Assembly: GCA_964252035.1 (NCBI GenBank)
Contig: OZ176200.1
Reading direction: 5' to 3' (one strand)
Source of the DNA: Podarcis erhardii
Lineage: Eukaryota
Length of the DNA: 64,000 bases
Below the pieces are notes generated by a model. The model ran no database searches. It was not told the DNA's origin and was given only the letters and a program-made list of their open reading frames with translations. Numbering within the stretch: the stretch's first letter is position 1; every line of letters begins with the position of its first letter. The position numbers and the translations under genes were made by a program. Positions 25,301-38,940 of this stretch are shown one piece after another.

Positions 25301-27263
25301 ATGGAGTGCTTAATGGGGCAGAAAAAAACAGCGTCAAACACTCACTACAGGTCTTTGAAGTTGGTCTTCCAGTTGGGTGTGCCAAGCTCATACTTGAATG
25401 CTCTGACAGCTCAGCCATTTTCTCTCTCTCCCCCTTAACAATATCTAAAGCCCAACCAGGCTGTAGTGATTTAAATCATCAAGAAAAAGGCTGATAAAAG
25501 TTAGTTTTTATTTAACTGATACTTTGGCATATATTTTCTTAACAATGGAGCACATCTGATCACTATGTTAATTTACAACTAATTGAGTAATAATAGGCTT
25601 TGTTTCCCTTTGCTACACTATATACATTATTCATTCTTTCCTATTTTTTAACCTATGGAGGAGATATAGTATTTGTACATAACACTCAGTCTTGGCTTAT
25701 TTGATCCAATGAACATCACAGCAGAAATACTATTGCATACAGGTGAGGATGCTGACATTCTTCTCAGCATATCCAGCTAGTTATCCAGAGCAAGGACATA
25801 GAAGAGGAATAATAATAAGAAAAAATATTGCAAGTGCAAGGCCTCATCCACTCCATGTGAGCATTACACTCATATGCTTCCCAAGTTTCCTTCTGGAAGT
25901 GCTTATCATTCAAATAAATTTACTTTAAAGGAGCTGGGATTCACAGGTAAACTAACAATCCACACCTGTGACAATGGCCTTGAAGAGCTTTCACCAAACC
26001 ATGGAATGTCAGCAAAACAAACTCCACATCAACACCACCATAATTCAAGATAAAGTTAATCATGCTCTATCCCATTGAAGTCAATGCTTTTAAGTATGAT
26101 TGAGTTGGATTGGTTCCTACATGTTATTTACAGTTCAGTTAAAGCTGCAACCAGTGCACACTTTCCAGGAAGCAAATGCCACTAAATAAATGAAACAATA
26201 ATTTATTATCTCTATCCCATTCTTCAACTTCCACACCCAAGTACTCAACCTGATGGGACACTTCTTACAAAAATGCTTAAAATTGCAATGGGGGGGGGAG
26301 AGGGAAATACTGTGCCAACAAAACAATGTCTCCTGCTATACAAGACAATTTAAACAGCACAAAGTTTCTGTTCTTGATAATAGGTCTTACGCAAATAGGA
26401 ACCTGTCTTAATTGATACCCTGATTTTTCTATCCTTTGGTCTCAAAATTACATTGTCCTCTTTTCATTTGTTAAGAATCCCCATTCCAAGTGGTAACAGA
26501 GAGAAGAAAGATGTCTCATGGAAATTTGGAGCTTCTTTATATACCCCAAGTGGCTGTTCATTCTGCTACTCCTTTGGTCCGTATAGACTGCTCCATCTAT
26601 CTGCAATCCCAATTCCTAATTACCCTCATTCCTTAAAGGCCTAAAACTGCCCTTGTTGCCGACACCAAGCATGCAGCAGTTGAGTTTCTACAGCTGCAAC
26701 AACCACCACACTCTTACAATAAAGTTGAAGCTACCCACAGGCAACTATATAATACTAAGAGCAGATCTGTGTAAAAGTTACATGGGACTTAGATGGGACT
26801 TACCAGCTTGAGCCCTGGGTGCAAATCTCAACTCGAAGAGCAGAATTTGTGAAAGGCCCCACTTTTCTACCTGTACAGGGGAGCAACAGAGAAGCCCGTG
26901 AGCACCTTGTGTCAGATATCCAATCACAATCAATCACCACAGCTGTTACGACAACTTATAATTACTCCTACGGTGCTTAAGATGCCAAGACAAGAATTTC
27001 TAATTCCTCATTGAAATGAGTCATAAGTTATTACTGATAAGAGTGGTTGCATCAGAGGTCATTAACTGGGTCATTGTTAAGGTTCTGTGCCCATAACAGT
27101 GACATAAGCAGCAGAAATTAAACACTACAGTGATGGGGAAAACTGTACCTGTTACATTTCTGTCTGCAATGCACTAAGGGTTGCAGATTCTCTTATAGGA
27201 AGAAGATGTAGCAACACTATGGGGACGCATGCTAGCACACATGACAATACTCTTAGGACTATA

Positions 27264-27494
27264 CAGTGGTACCTCTGGTTACGAACTTAATTCGTTCCGG
27301 AGGTCCGTTCTTAACCTGAAACCATTCTTAACCTGAGGTACCACTTTAGCTAATGGGGCCTCCCGCTGCCGCCAAGCCATTTCTGTTCTCATCCTGGGGC
27401 AAAGTTCTTAACCCGAGGTACTACTTCCAGGTTAGCAGAGTCTGTAACCTGAAGTGTTTGTAACCCGAGGTGTATGTAAGCCGAGGTACTACTG
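27264..27494. mobile_element. Tc1/mariner-pogo type MITE (inverted relative to the three copies below)
   Basis: Same TIR and TA TSD. Internal sequence is the reverse complement of the 42692, 58920 and 63140 copies. Confidence 0.85.
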
Positions 27495-28179
27495 TAATCT
27501 TAAACACACACACAAACACCTACCTGGTCTTGCTCATATGCCTTTACACTTAACTTTAGCAGGCATAATTTCCCATTATGCTTCTTTCCACACCAGGAAA
27601 AGCACCACCTGACAAACCTCAGTGTCTCAGGCAACTCTTAAGAGGCAACAACCTCAACCTGCAGTTTTCTCAGCACTGAACAGCATCCATTGCAACTTCA
27701 CCTGATGAAATTCTTCCTGTCACTGCACAAGAACTATGCCAGGGGATTTTAATTTTTTTAAGATAGCAGGTTCAGGAGAGCTTTGCTAAAGAACCACATT
27801 ACTTTATGCATTTTAGTTTCTAAAAGGTGGTTATTAACAAAATAACTAAATAAAGTCACCATTTTATCGTCTAAGATTGCACTGAAGAAGTGGCTTTGTG
27901 TTCACAAAACCTCATTATCAGTTTGTTAGCGTTTATTAACACACCTAAGATGCCACAAGAATCTTTAACGTGTTTGCTAAAAAAGAATGAAAACAGCTGA
28001 CTCTCTAGAAATCTCATCGGGGAGAGGAGCCACGTAAGTGAGTGAGGTGGGTGGCCCAACACCATAAGCTTTCGTGGAATTTTCTGTCAGCCGATTAGGA
28101 CGCATTCGAGCCACTGAAGGCTCCGGATACCTCAAAAGGAAGCCTTCTACAGCTCAATAATCCCAGGGTCTCTCTGACA

Positions 28180-29760
28180 CACCCTTCGCAAGTAATACCG
28201 ACACATTACATACTTCCAATGGCCATTATCGGCCAGCCTTTCGGGGGCGTCGCCTCCCAGGTACCTGTCCGCAGGTCAAGGCAGACCGCAGATGGGGCTG
28301 CAGGTGGGAAGAGTGGTTCCTTTCTGAGGGGAAGCCGCGTTAGCCAGGTGAGGTGCAGCACAAACTCACCTGGATATGCGTGTGAGACGTAGGTCGAGAG
28401 AAACGGCCCCCAAGACCCTAATAGCTACCTTCTCAGAAAGGGGGAGGGACCCCAAGTTTCCGCTCGCTCTCGGCGTTACCTTATACCTCTGATCCTGAAG
28501 GCACCTGAGAAGAGACGCAGAAGGGAGGGGGAAATTTCTTTTCCTTCGCTGATGTTAAACAAAAGCCCAGCAGTCCAAAGAGTTGGGATCGATGTGCAAA
28601 CAGACAGAAAAGAAACAGAGAGAGGCTTTTCTCTTTTTCCCCCCCCCCAACCCGGAAATGCCTGGAGAAGCCGGACTCGCCAGATGAGGGGGGAGGAAAA
28701 GAAAGAAGGGAAACTCTTCGGTCGTTGCTTGAACTTTTTCTCTCTCCCTGGCGCGCAAGGTGTTCGCGGCAGGTGCGGCGGGGCAGGGCCAGCTACCCGG
28801 GGGCTGCTTGAGGGGAAAGGAAGCTCGCCTCGTGGCCAGTTAGAGCCGCGTCCCAACCTCTTCCTGCTGCTACTGCAGCTGCCCCGGGAGGCGTCGAAGC
28901 CGGGCTTGCCGCCCTATAAGCCGCTACCCGCGAGGAAGCCCCGCTGAACTTGGACGGCGCTTGCTTCTGAGTAGCGCGCGGCTGGGATGAGGCGCTATCG
29001 CGCAAGGCGGGCTGCAGCCCGGCGCGGGCCCCACTTTAGGGGCGCGCGCACGTGCAGGGCCGCGCGAAAAGTTTGCAGGCGGGTCCCCGCTCTCCTCCTC
29101 CTCCTCGGGACCAGCTAATTGTGAAGCGGGGAGGCTCCAAGGGCCGCGGGCGGGGAATCCTCGCAGCGAAGCCGTTGGCCGAGCGCGCGAATTAACCTTG
29201 ACATACCAGCAGCCCCGTCCGCGTCAATGTATTGCTTTTTCCAAGGCCGAGGTGGAAGCCGGGGGAGGGGGGGAGGTTGGGAGGCGGGCACAGATATAGC
29301 CGCGCCGGTGGCGAAATGCCTGGCTCGATCGAACAGAACAGATCCAGAGGGATTCCAGGCGGAGGAAAGGCAGCGCTTGGAAGACCGCTCGCCGCGCCAG
29401 GAGCTGCCGCCCTCCCTGTCCGGCGCACGTCTGAAAGTGACGTGGACGGTATGCGGAAGCAGTGAAGGGGCAGATAAGTTAAAAGGGTCTTCCTATGGCT
29501 TGCTTCTTCCTAGATTCGTGGCAGCTCCCAGAGCAGCAGCAGCAGCAGCAGCGATCCTGCGGCACCTGAAGACTAACGCATGGTGCAGCGGCATAACCTG
29601 TCGTGGATTGGCCGCCATCCATGAGGACTTTTTGTTCTTTCTTTGAACATACGGCGATCTAGTCCAGCATCCTGTTCGCACAGTGGCCAACCAGGCGCCT
29701 GATACAAACTCGCATGCGGGACTTGAACACAAGCGCGCTCTCCGCTCCTGCTGCTGATAT
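28180..29760. promoter_or_regulatory. CpG island, probable CRACR2B promoter
   Basis: Sharp rise in GC and CpG content (gcgcgc, GGGCGG boxes) against a CpG-poor background. Lies upstream of CRACR2B on the minus strand. Boundaries judged by eye. Confidence 0.85.
28370..28950 (-). other. CRACR2B: Candidate non-coding first exon of CRACR2B
   Basis: Minus-strand donors AAG|gtaacg (28479) and CAG|gtgagt (28369) at the edge of the CpG island. The upper bound is a guess because the TSS cannot be read from sequence. Confidence 0.4.
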
Positions 29761-29900
29761 TCAGAAGCCTTATTGCCTCTGTAGAGAAAGAGCATAACCA
29801 TCAAGGTTAATAGCCATTGATATCCCCCATGAATTTGTCTAAATTCCATCCATGTTGGTGGCTGTCACTGCCTCCTTTGAGAATCATTTCCTTAGCTTAA
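29655..29900 (-). mobile_element. CR1-like 3' fragment at the CpG-island edge
   Basis: ctagtccagcatcctgttcgcacagtggccaaccag is shared with copies at about 43105-43230 and 50495-50700. Confidence 0.55.
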
Positions 29901-30009
29901 GGGAATCTGGGGAATCCACGGGAATCTGGCTTACATTTCTTTGACTGTTGTTAGTATCTAGGTCAGGATATCATAGAAGCATGTTACTTTTTAATGCTAC
30001 CATCCATGG

Positions 30010-30352
30010 TAATTATTATTATTATTATTATTATTTATACTGCACTCTTCTGGCTGGGTTTCCTCAGCCACTCTGGGTCGCTCTCAACAGAATATTAAAA
30101 GCACGATAAAACATTAAAGACTTCCTTAAACAGGACTGCCTTCAGATGTCTTCTAAAAGTCAGATAGTTGTTTATTTCCTTGACATCTGGTGGGAGGGCG
30201 TTCCACAGGGCGGGCACCACTACCAAAAAGGCCCTCTGCCTAGTACCCTGTAACCTCACTTCTTGTAGTGAGGGAACCGCCAGAAGGCTCTCGGAGCTGG
30301 ACCTCAGTGTCTGGGCTGAATGATGGGGGTGGAGACGCTCCTTCAGGTACTT
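30010..30352 (-). mobile_element. LINE (L2-like) 3' end with (AAT)n tail
   Basis: ctggctgggtttcctcagccactctggg next to (tta)n. The same 3' end occurs at about 14143-14300 (-), 16130-16293 (+) and 61469-61650 (-). Older L2-like ends at about 6050-6225 and 18010-18355. Confidence 0.65.
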
Positions 30353-30439
30353 TTACGGTGCTTTTATTAAGTCCCCCCCCCCCGTTTCCCCTTTACATAA
30401 TCTTGTGTGTTGTGGCTTTGGTTAACAGCACAGGAAAGT

Positions 30440-30608
30440 CTTTTATGTTGAGTCAGACCATCTAAGCTGACTGTTGTCTGTACTGCAAGGTAGTGGCTGT
30501 CCAAGGTTTCAGATGGGGGTCTACCTATCTCCAGCCCTACCTGGAGATGTCAGGGATTGAATCTGGGACCTTCTATATAAGTGAAATGTGTGTCCGTACC
30601 ACTGAGCT
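30440..30608 (-). mobile_element. tRNA-derived SINE fragment
   Basis: cctggagatgtcagggattgaa..tgggacctt (reverse B box) is shared with about 57215-57322. Other SINE heads at about 60090-60170 (+) and 61310-61460 (-). Confidence 0.55.
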
Positions 30609-31285
30609 ACAATAAGCATATCTGGCCGATATATGCACAAAATGGTGAGGCTGGAAAGAGTGTCTTAAATAAGGGGTGCATAGATTTTGCATCTGTCCCA
30701 GACGATGCACTGACAAACCCACGGGTATCAACTTGGCCAACACAAACACAGGAGAGTCAGATGGGACCAACAAGTCCCTGCACTTTCGGAATTCACAACT
30801 GGTGATAGCTGCTCTAAACGAGAGGCCAGAATGAAAGGTTTTCTGGATGTCTGTTAAATCAGCAAAGGATCTCAGTGCAAAATACATGGTGGTTCTCCTG
30901 GATCACCTGGTTTCATGACAGACAGGGGGTAGAAAACTGAGGCAAAGGGTTGGTGAGGAGGCCAGCTGGGCTGGGTGAGTAACAAGCTATGGCTCCAATT
31001 CCTAATGGGCTCCTGAGAATAATTGGTGGCTTCCAAAGGAGTAGTTGTGAGAATGGGATGTCAGGGTAGGGTCACACAAGGCACCTTGGTGTCACCAAGC
31101 TTAGGATACCTCAGGGTCTGCCTTCCATCTTTGGATGGCCAGGCATCTCTCTCCACCTCTCCCCTCAAGCTGACTGCATCAAACAAGTTCAGCTTTCAAT
31201 AGAAAGCACCACGTGATTACAGCTGCCAAGCCCAGGGGGTACAAATTAAAACACACACACCCCAGTTCACATTTTTAGGAATTAT

Positions 31286-31291
31286 TTTATT
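31286..31291 (-). terminator. Candidate distal polyA signal of PNPLA2
   Basis: Minus-strand AATAAA followed about 25 nt later by a GU/U-rich element (ggggtgtgtgtgttttaatttgt). Confidence 0.45.
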
Positions 31292-34200
31292 AGGGAGGTA
31301 TATCGTTTCAAAATAAATACTTAACTCATTTCCAATAAAACATGGGGAAGGGGGGGGAGCAAAGCATAACAATATCAAACATGGAACTATTCAAGCAATG
31401 ACTACTAAAATGCTCCCTTAATGATAATCGCCATGTAAAATAAAATTGTTTCCTCACTAATCTTGTTGCTGCTCTGACTTCAGACAAAACATGTTACTCG
31501 TGAGCAAGTGCTAACATTGATCTATGACAGGCTGTCCCACAAGTGCACAATCGCATCAGGATACCGCCCCCCCCCCCAAATCAGCCCAGAGATTTCTGGT
31601 CTCAAGTAAGACTAATACAAAATAAAATTAGTTCTAAAGGTTGGGTCTTATTCTCTATTTGGCACTTTGGATTTTCTGTAGATTGCAGGTCAGGCTGGTG
31701 TGCATCAGTGGAAGAAGAGGACACCAGTCCCTTGTCACAGCAACCACAGCGTGTGTGGCAACATTACCAATCCACAAGCTGCTACTGGTTGCAAGGAAAC
31801 TGGATATAGAGAGAACAGGAGAGGAATGGGTGCTGTAAGGACAGCAGCAGCAAGTGGCATTAAAAAAGGAAGAAAAGGCACTGTGAAAACTTGAGAACAA
31901 TGCTACACTAGCAAGATACAGGCAAGCCATTAATGCAAGCTATTGTTCCATTGGCTTCTGGTGTAATCAGATGCCATTCTTTAGTCCGAGGAAACCATAT
32001 TAAGTGCCAAGTCACGCAAAAGCTCGCACCTGTGTCACCCTATTTCAGCCTTTATCCAAAAGACTCCAAATTTGGCATTACAAAGCCTTTTCCAAGACAA
32101 AAAGTGGGAGAGGTTGGCTTTCCCCAGCTGGCACACAGCTATGGTGCATAGCTTCTTACTACTTGTTCTTAATTTACAGGTTGGTGGTTATTAGAGCTGA
32201 GACTAACCTAGACCATAGCATTTTAACATGTTTTTGTTTTTTTTAAAGAAGTTAGGGTTAAAGAACATCATGGATCTCTTTTCCTTTCAAACACCCAATG
32301 CATGTCAAAATACTAGGTTTTGGCAATAAAATCTGGATTTCGTCCAACTAAAGCAATTAAAAATTAAAGCAGAAAAAAATTCTGAATTTTACTTGATGAA
32401 ACAAGCATTTATAACCCTGGTTATTTTCCCATCTGACCAGATGGGTTGCTACAGAAGAGGCCATATAAATTATAACATATTAGCAGCAAAACAAACACAG
32501 CAGTATAATCATTCTGCCTTAAGCAGCAACTTACTAGAAAAACCTAAATCAGTGATTCCCACACTTTATTTCCCACTCAAAAATTGCTGAGTGACTAAAA
32601 TGATCCCCCCCCGCCTGTTTTAGCAACTGCAATGTGCTGCGCTAGATGCTGTATGATTTTTAATTTCATTTCTATTGCTTCTTTTATTTTTTATATTTTA
32701 ATGTATTACAATTTGAATCCCCTAGAATTCAAATTGTAAGTGTTCTTTGCATACATGTCACAGACCACCTAGATGAAGCTAGCAGACTACTGGTGGTTGA
32801 CAAATCACAGTCTGGGAACCCCTGATTTAAATTGTACAAGACATTAAAAAACAACAACATAAGATACAGTGTTGAATAAGTTAGTGGTTGACTATATATG
32901 TACACATACAAACATGTTTACTGTTTTCTTACAGAAAAGAAGTTCACATTTACATTATGATAAAACAAAAGGGGGAAATTAGCACATCACAGAACTTGGG
33001 ATGACAAAGGCAATGTCTTTTTTCTGAATATTTCAAAATACAAGAACCACCCCCCCAAAAAAATATTACTTGGAGCAGACAAAATGGTAGTTCACATGAA
33101 TTACAAGAAGTCTCTAGCTATTATCATCTTTCTATAGGAGAGAAGAGACTTTTTGATATACAAGCACTCCTTAAGAGAAAACAGATTCTGGGTGCTATTT
33201 CATGCTAATCACACTCAGAGCAGACCCACTGAAATCCATGGACTTGCAGTATTTCAATAGGTTGACTCCAAAAGCCCTGCTTAGAGATGCTTGCTATTAT
33301 TTCATGGAAGAAGGATGAGATAGATGTTTACTATGATGCGCTCTTCATGAGCATTTCCCCCCTCCCAACGAGAATACAGGGGATCATACAAATCTTTGCA
33401 TGAAACACGTAGCAACAATTTAACAGCATGTTTTCCTCCAAATAAGGAGTTCCATTTTTAGGTAAGGCCCTCCACAGAAATGGCACCAGAGACTATATTT
33501 CAGTTAAAATGCAGAGGACCTCTAAATTTTCCTCTGCACAAATAGCTGCTGGCTGCATTGTTTTCTTAACCAACATAAAACTAAACACACATGCAACATC
33601 TCCAAAGTTAAGTCTGCAGCTAGAGCTCCAAGGCAAATGTTTGTAGAGAGAACAGTAAATTCCTTGCCACCCTGTGTGTTTACATAAAGTTATAGAAGAG
33701 GGACTATTGCATTGGCTAGTGCCAAATGCTCACCACTCCCATCCTGCCTGGTCACAAAGGCTTCATACTTGAATAATTCCACATTTCTAAACTACTTACA
33801 AAATTGTTAAGGCAGGCACTTATGCTACATGAGCAGTCAATTATGAATTGGAATATTTTTCTTTTAGCGTCAAGATGGTTTTCATAACGCTACTCATTCT
33901 CAAAATCTGTTTAGCAGCTGTGTCACTCCAGAAGCTCTGCAGATGAAAGCATTTCTAGAAATCCTAGTATTGGCCACCATAAAAAAAATGCACTACAAAG
34001 TCATAATGTCCTGACTTGAGCCCATTTCAAATCATTATACTCTGAATTTTCTTTTTTTAAAGAAGTGCCCCAAGGATGTACCTCATGGGCCTCAAAGAGT
34101 CTCATAAAGCTCAGCAGTGCAACACACCACTACTCAGATGCTTCAGAATGAACAAAACCACAAGTCTATTCAATGTACACTGAGTAGTGAGGTATGCCTA

Positions 34201-36527
34201 CCAAAGAATACCCACCCCTTTGTTCTGCAGTGGCACTCTGAATTGTATCTCTATTAACACTGCTTAACTGATATGTACTGTGCCAGCTCCCCCTGCCCCT
34301 GAATACCCCTTGGATTCTCTTTGGCATTCAACTGATTGACTGCGTTGTGAGAGGATCGAAGATGGTAGGTTAGTGTGCAAAGGAAGTCAACCTCCACACA
34401 CTACAGATACAAAGACTTGTTTCTCCCTGTAGCACAAACCTATCTGTGCTTTCATGGTACAAATCACAACAGGGAAGAAATATATATTTATGTTATATAT
34501 ACAGATATATAGATATGCCCCAAAGCCAATGGAAAAGCAAGCCACAGAAAATAGTATTGCTATATGATAAGGGATGCTGCTGCTTTGCTGCCACAGCAAA
34601 TCTCTGCTAGGCTACGCAGTAGCATGAACAAGGCAACAGCAGTGAAATGTGAGATAACAGTTTAGTGCTGAGACAATTAGTAGTCTGTACATCACATCTG
34701 AAAGGCATCTGTAGGGAGAGGGATTCTATATAGCAGACAGGACATGTGCTGCTACATGGAGTGTTTAACCTTTAACACACTGCAGTGAACAATTCCAGCA
34801 AGTGGGGAACTTTGCAAAAGCATTGGGAACACATACCAGATCTTTGGCTCAGAAAACTTGAGAACCTGGCAAGTAGCTAAATGTCCTTCTGGCTCTATGA
34901 ACTATAGGGGGGAAGCCCTCCAGGTTAACCTAAGACATGAATCCCTGTTTCATTTGCAGAACAGGAACCAAGATCCACTGAACTAGCCTGTGGTACAGTG
35001 GAGGGGAACCTGTGGTCCACCAGATGTTGGACAACGCCTCCCACCTTCCCTGACCATTGGTCATGCTTTCTGCAGCTGATGGAGTCCAAAAACATCTGGA
35101 GAGTGCAAGGTTCCCCACCTCTGACACAGGTGGATAGAAAGAAGGATGTGCATTCACTTCTGACACCTTCTGGCACTCTTTTCATCCTTTTCACACTGTA
35201 CTGCCATCCCTTTTAGGACCTCCAGCTCCTGACCCTCCTGACTAACCACCACACCAGTCACAATTCTGTTGGGGTTGCCAGGTCCTTTCAAAAGTGATCA
35301 AATATACCACTGGCACAAAGTGCATATGGATTCCTCGAGGTTAAATCCAGTTTGGCCAGCATCAGTTTTGGCCTCCACCTTCACTTTCATTTTGTGAGTG
35401 GCAAAACACCCCTTCTCTCCTCACATGCTCAGCTCCAGCTCATCAGATGAGCCACAAACCATTTGAAAAACATACACTAAGCTCTCTTAGCTCCTGCATT
35501 CTTCCTCTATCCTTCTTTACATCCTTTCTGCACATTTGAAGAATAACGTAGTAGTGTTGTTTTGGGTGGGTGGGTGGAAATAGCATCATCCAAACAACAT
35601 GGAGCATCGAAAAGAAAAGAACAGCATAGCTCAAGCATACATTTAGGATTGTATTCAATTCAATTTTACTCAGATGAGACCCACTGAAATTAATGGATCT
35701 AAATTAGTTACGGCCATTAATTTCAATGGGCCTACTTTTAGTACAACCCTTATGAAGCACGTTTCAGAGCTTCTAATATTTTCTCTCTCCATAGTTAAAA
35801 AAAAAAGTCCCTTAGAAGAGGGTGATCCTGAGAGAAACAAAGAACTCTAGTGTTCTAAGAGTTCATTTTTACAAGTCTACATTCCTAACATCTATATTAA
35901 GAGCAGTGGCACCCAGATAGATTTGAAAGAGAATGTGGGGCACAGGCATTTAAAAAGGTGCATCAGCTGAGAGTTGAAAACCAAGGGCTGCCTTAGATAA
36001 CAAGAGCCAATCTGGCAGCCAGTTGTTGTAGCCTGCCTGCTTTTCACTATTCTGTGTAGCGCAGGCAAAGATGATCTATGAGGGACTTGGCCTTCTTCAA
36101 AACAAAGACCCTTTTACAACACTGATGTAAAACAAAGGAGGTTAAAAGCAAAGAAATGCCAGAGTACTGATTTGTGTCCCAATCCTCTTATCACAAACGG
36201 CAAGTTCAATATGATATGAGGCCTCTGAAAAGGTGTCCCAAGCAAAACTCTTTTCGGTTCAACCAAGAGACCAAGCACTTTTGTCACATGTGCTGGGCAT
36301 TTATACACCATCATCTCTAAAAGTGTATGCAACGCCCGACACATTGCTATGGGTTTGAACACTGTGCAGCCACCAGCTTAGCAGTTGCACAATAGCTATA
36401 TTGATGCAAATTCTCACTCTGCAAATGAGAAAATAAGAAGTCTCTTAGCAGGTGTTACAGCTCCATTAGGACGCTGTTGAGAGGCAGCGGCTGTCTACCC
36501 TCCCCTGCCCAAAGTGTGGCAACAAGA

Positions 36528-36792
36528 TCAGAAAAGCTGGAGGCTTTCTTGTGTGCAGCTTGCTGGCGGGTGCCTCATCTGCAGCCCTTCTGATGGGAAG
36601 ATGGACGCCTGCAGGTCCACGTTAATGCAGAACAACCCCAGCATCAGCTGGCGCTGGTACTCCTCCCATTTTGTCATAACGTCCGTCAGGGAGAGGTTAC
36701 TCCGCAGCCACTTGGGCAGCGCCTCCCCATAGCCGATGCTCAAGGGGAGGGGCAAGCTTTGGCTTTTTCTGAGTTCCAGGTGGTAGTACAGC
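36528..36792 (-). CDS. PNPLA2: PNPLA2 terminal coding exon 9
   Basis: LYYHLELRKSQSLPLPLSIGYGEALPKWLRSNLSLTDVMTKWEEYQRQLMLGLFCINVDLQASIFPSEGLQMRHPPASCTQESLQLF*. RKSQSLP and RSNLSL align with the human ATGL S404 and S428 phosphosites. Acceptor tctctcag|. Confidence 0.95.
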
Positions 36793-38940
36793 CTGAGAGA
36801 GAGAAAGAGAGAGAGGAAGATGTTTAGTTTGTTTGTCATGCTGTACTCACAAGCGCTGCTTGCTGCACTGGAGCTTCCAGGCTAGACATGGAGATACAGA
36901 GAGAGGAGTGGGGGATAAAAGATCACACATTCCCCATTGCAATTTCCCCTTAACAGTACAAGATGCCAGTGTGATGCTACCGTCACATACAAAAAGTCAG
37001 CAGCACAGGCTAGGATCATGGAAGGTGCAGGTGAGCAGTGCTCAGATTGTCCTTGCATGCCTCAATACTGACCTTTGACACCCTGGCTATCCTAGTCCTG
37101 CCCCTTCCTAGTCCCGTCATTGGCTCATAAGCAGAAAGTGCCACGTGAGCTGACTGAGGTCCAGGGGAAACTTGGAGCCTCCAGAGTCCCCAGGCTGACG
37201 GTCGTCACACTGCTGTGTTTCATTCGGTCTGAGAAAGTGAGTCAGGTGTACAAGTGAGAACACAAGCTGCATAGAGTGGGCTGCTCTGCAAAATGAGATT
37301 CTCCACTGGCAGAATGGGCTCCGTTATCTCTCAATAAAACCTGCACCCCGCCGAGTGCAAGTGGACTGTGCGACACCCAGATGTAATGCGCGAGCCACCC
37401 GTTGATGTGGTAACTGTTTATTGTCACACGATAAATGCAAACAAATCACTTGGAAAAACCATCTACTTGTTATATTGTAAAACATTAAATGACAGCTTTG
37501 TTACTGAAAGCTGTTTCAAACAACACATTTGTCTGCACAAACCATCCTGATATCTTTTGCATGTTGACAGTTGACATACAGAACTGTCCTGAGAAATTAA
37601 TGTGTGAATTGGAAGATCGTAGAAAAATCATCTGCTATTGCAGGAACGAACGTTTTTATAAGTCATTCCATGGAAAGTAAAGGGAAATAGGGTCCCTGTT
37701 GTTAGGTTGGAAAAATATATACGTAGTGGCTTTCTCTCCTCCTTACTTTTTAAAAAAGTTGTTGTTGTTGTTGTTTAATTAAGCATATAAACAATTGCTA
37801 AAGTAGGAAATAACAAACAACTTGTCCCAATAAAATCATATACATTTGTCTTGCTATACAACATCTCATTTGGCTGCTCTAAAAGATCACACCACATTTC
37901 CCTGTGAGTGTTAGGTGGATTCTTACCACTATCCAAACAATTTATACTGTATATTCAATGATTTTTTTTTGCCATGTATTATAAAAAGAATAGAGATGGT
38001 GTTTGCCCTTTGCTGTTCTGACCTGACATGTTAGTTTCTCTGCCAATGCTATTGACCACCGACTATTATACCAAGAATCAATGTTCAGCCCAAAGCCAGT
38101 TTTCCAGCATCCATGGCTATCTCCATATGGGCAACCTCTGGCTATCTCCCCCCCCCCACCTTTGAGATAGAATCCAATCACTTTTTGGCACTTCACACAC
38201 AATACATTTTTGCCCACTGTCCTGAACTGCCCTAGGAACATGTTCACATACAGAAAAAATACTGAACCAAGAGTGAGCAAATAGATGCATTTGTAGAGGG
38301 TTGTTTGGGTTTTAAACTTATTCCAAGATAGCTCTTCAGAACACTCTGTATATGGGGTGCTACTATATCTAAGTTTTACTCAGAGTAGATCTAATGAAAT
38401 CAAAGACCCTAACAGGTTCATTAATTTCAATGGGTTTAACTCTGGAGTAAAACTTAGTTGAACACCACCCTTGGAAATTAGGCCTTTTTCTTTTGGAAAG
38501 AAAATTAGGCCCTTTCAAATATGTTACGTACAACATCTAAGGACTTCAGGCACTTAGTTATGTTATTTCACCGTCAAAACAAAACGGGGGACTGTCAAGC
38601 CTGGGTTTTCAGTTATTTGGTTTCTTGAAAAAGAAGCGCACAGTGCTGGAATTGCCTGTAGTTTCATAACCATGTATTCGGTTACCTAGGCACAGTAACA
38701 CTAAACCTTCCTGAAGAGTAAGGCACCTTTATTTTATAGAGGGCTGTGCAAAGTAATATGACACATCTAGAACTGCCATCTTAAGCACACAAACTTGGAG
38801 GAGAGTACAAAGGGGCTGATTTCTGAATAAGCACGGTCAGATTGTAGGCCAAAGTCCCCCTGATTACCATTTATATGGCGCCAGTCCTATGGCAACTCCC
38901 AGTGTCGCAATACTTAGAAAAGCAAACAAGATAATCCTAC

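Noticed and set aside
28476-29849. Cluster of 70-139 aa ORFs on both strands
   Set aside because: Expected stop-codon depletion in a GC-rich island. Several start at non-ATG codons and none resembles a known protein.
31875-31881. miR-124 seed match (GTGCCTT, minus strand) in the putative PNPLA2 3' UTR
   Set aside because: A single 7-mer in about 5 kb is compatible with chance, and the UTR extent is unproven.
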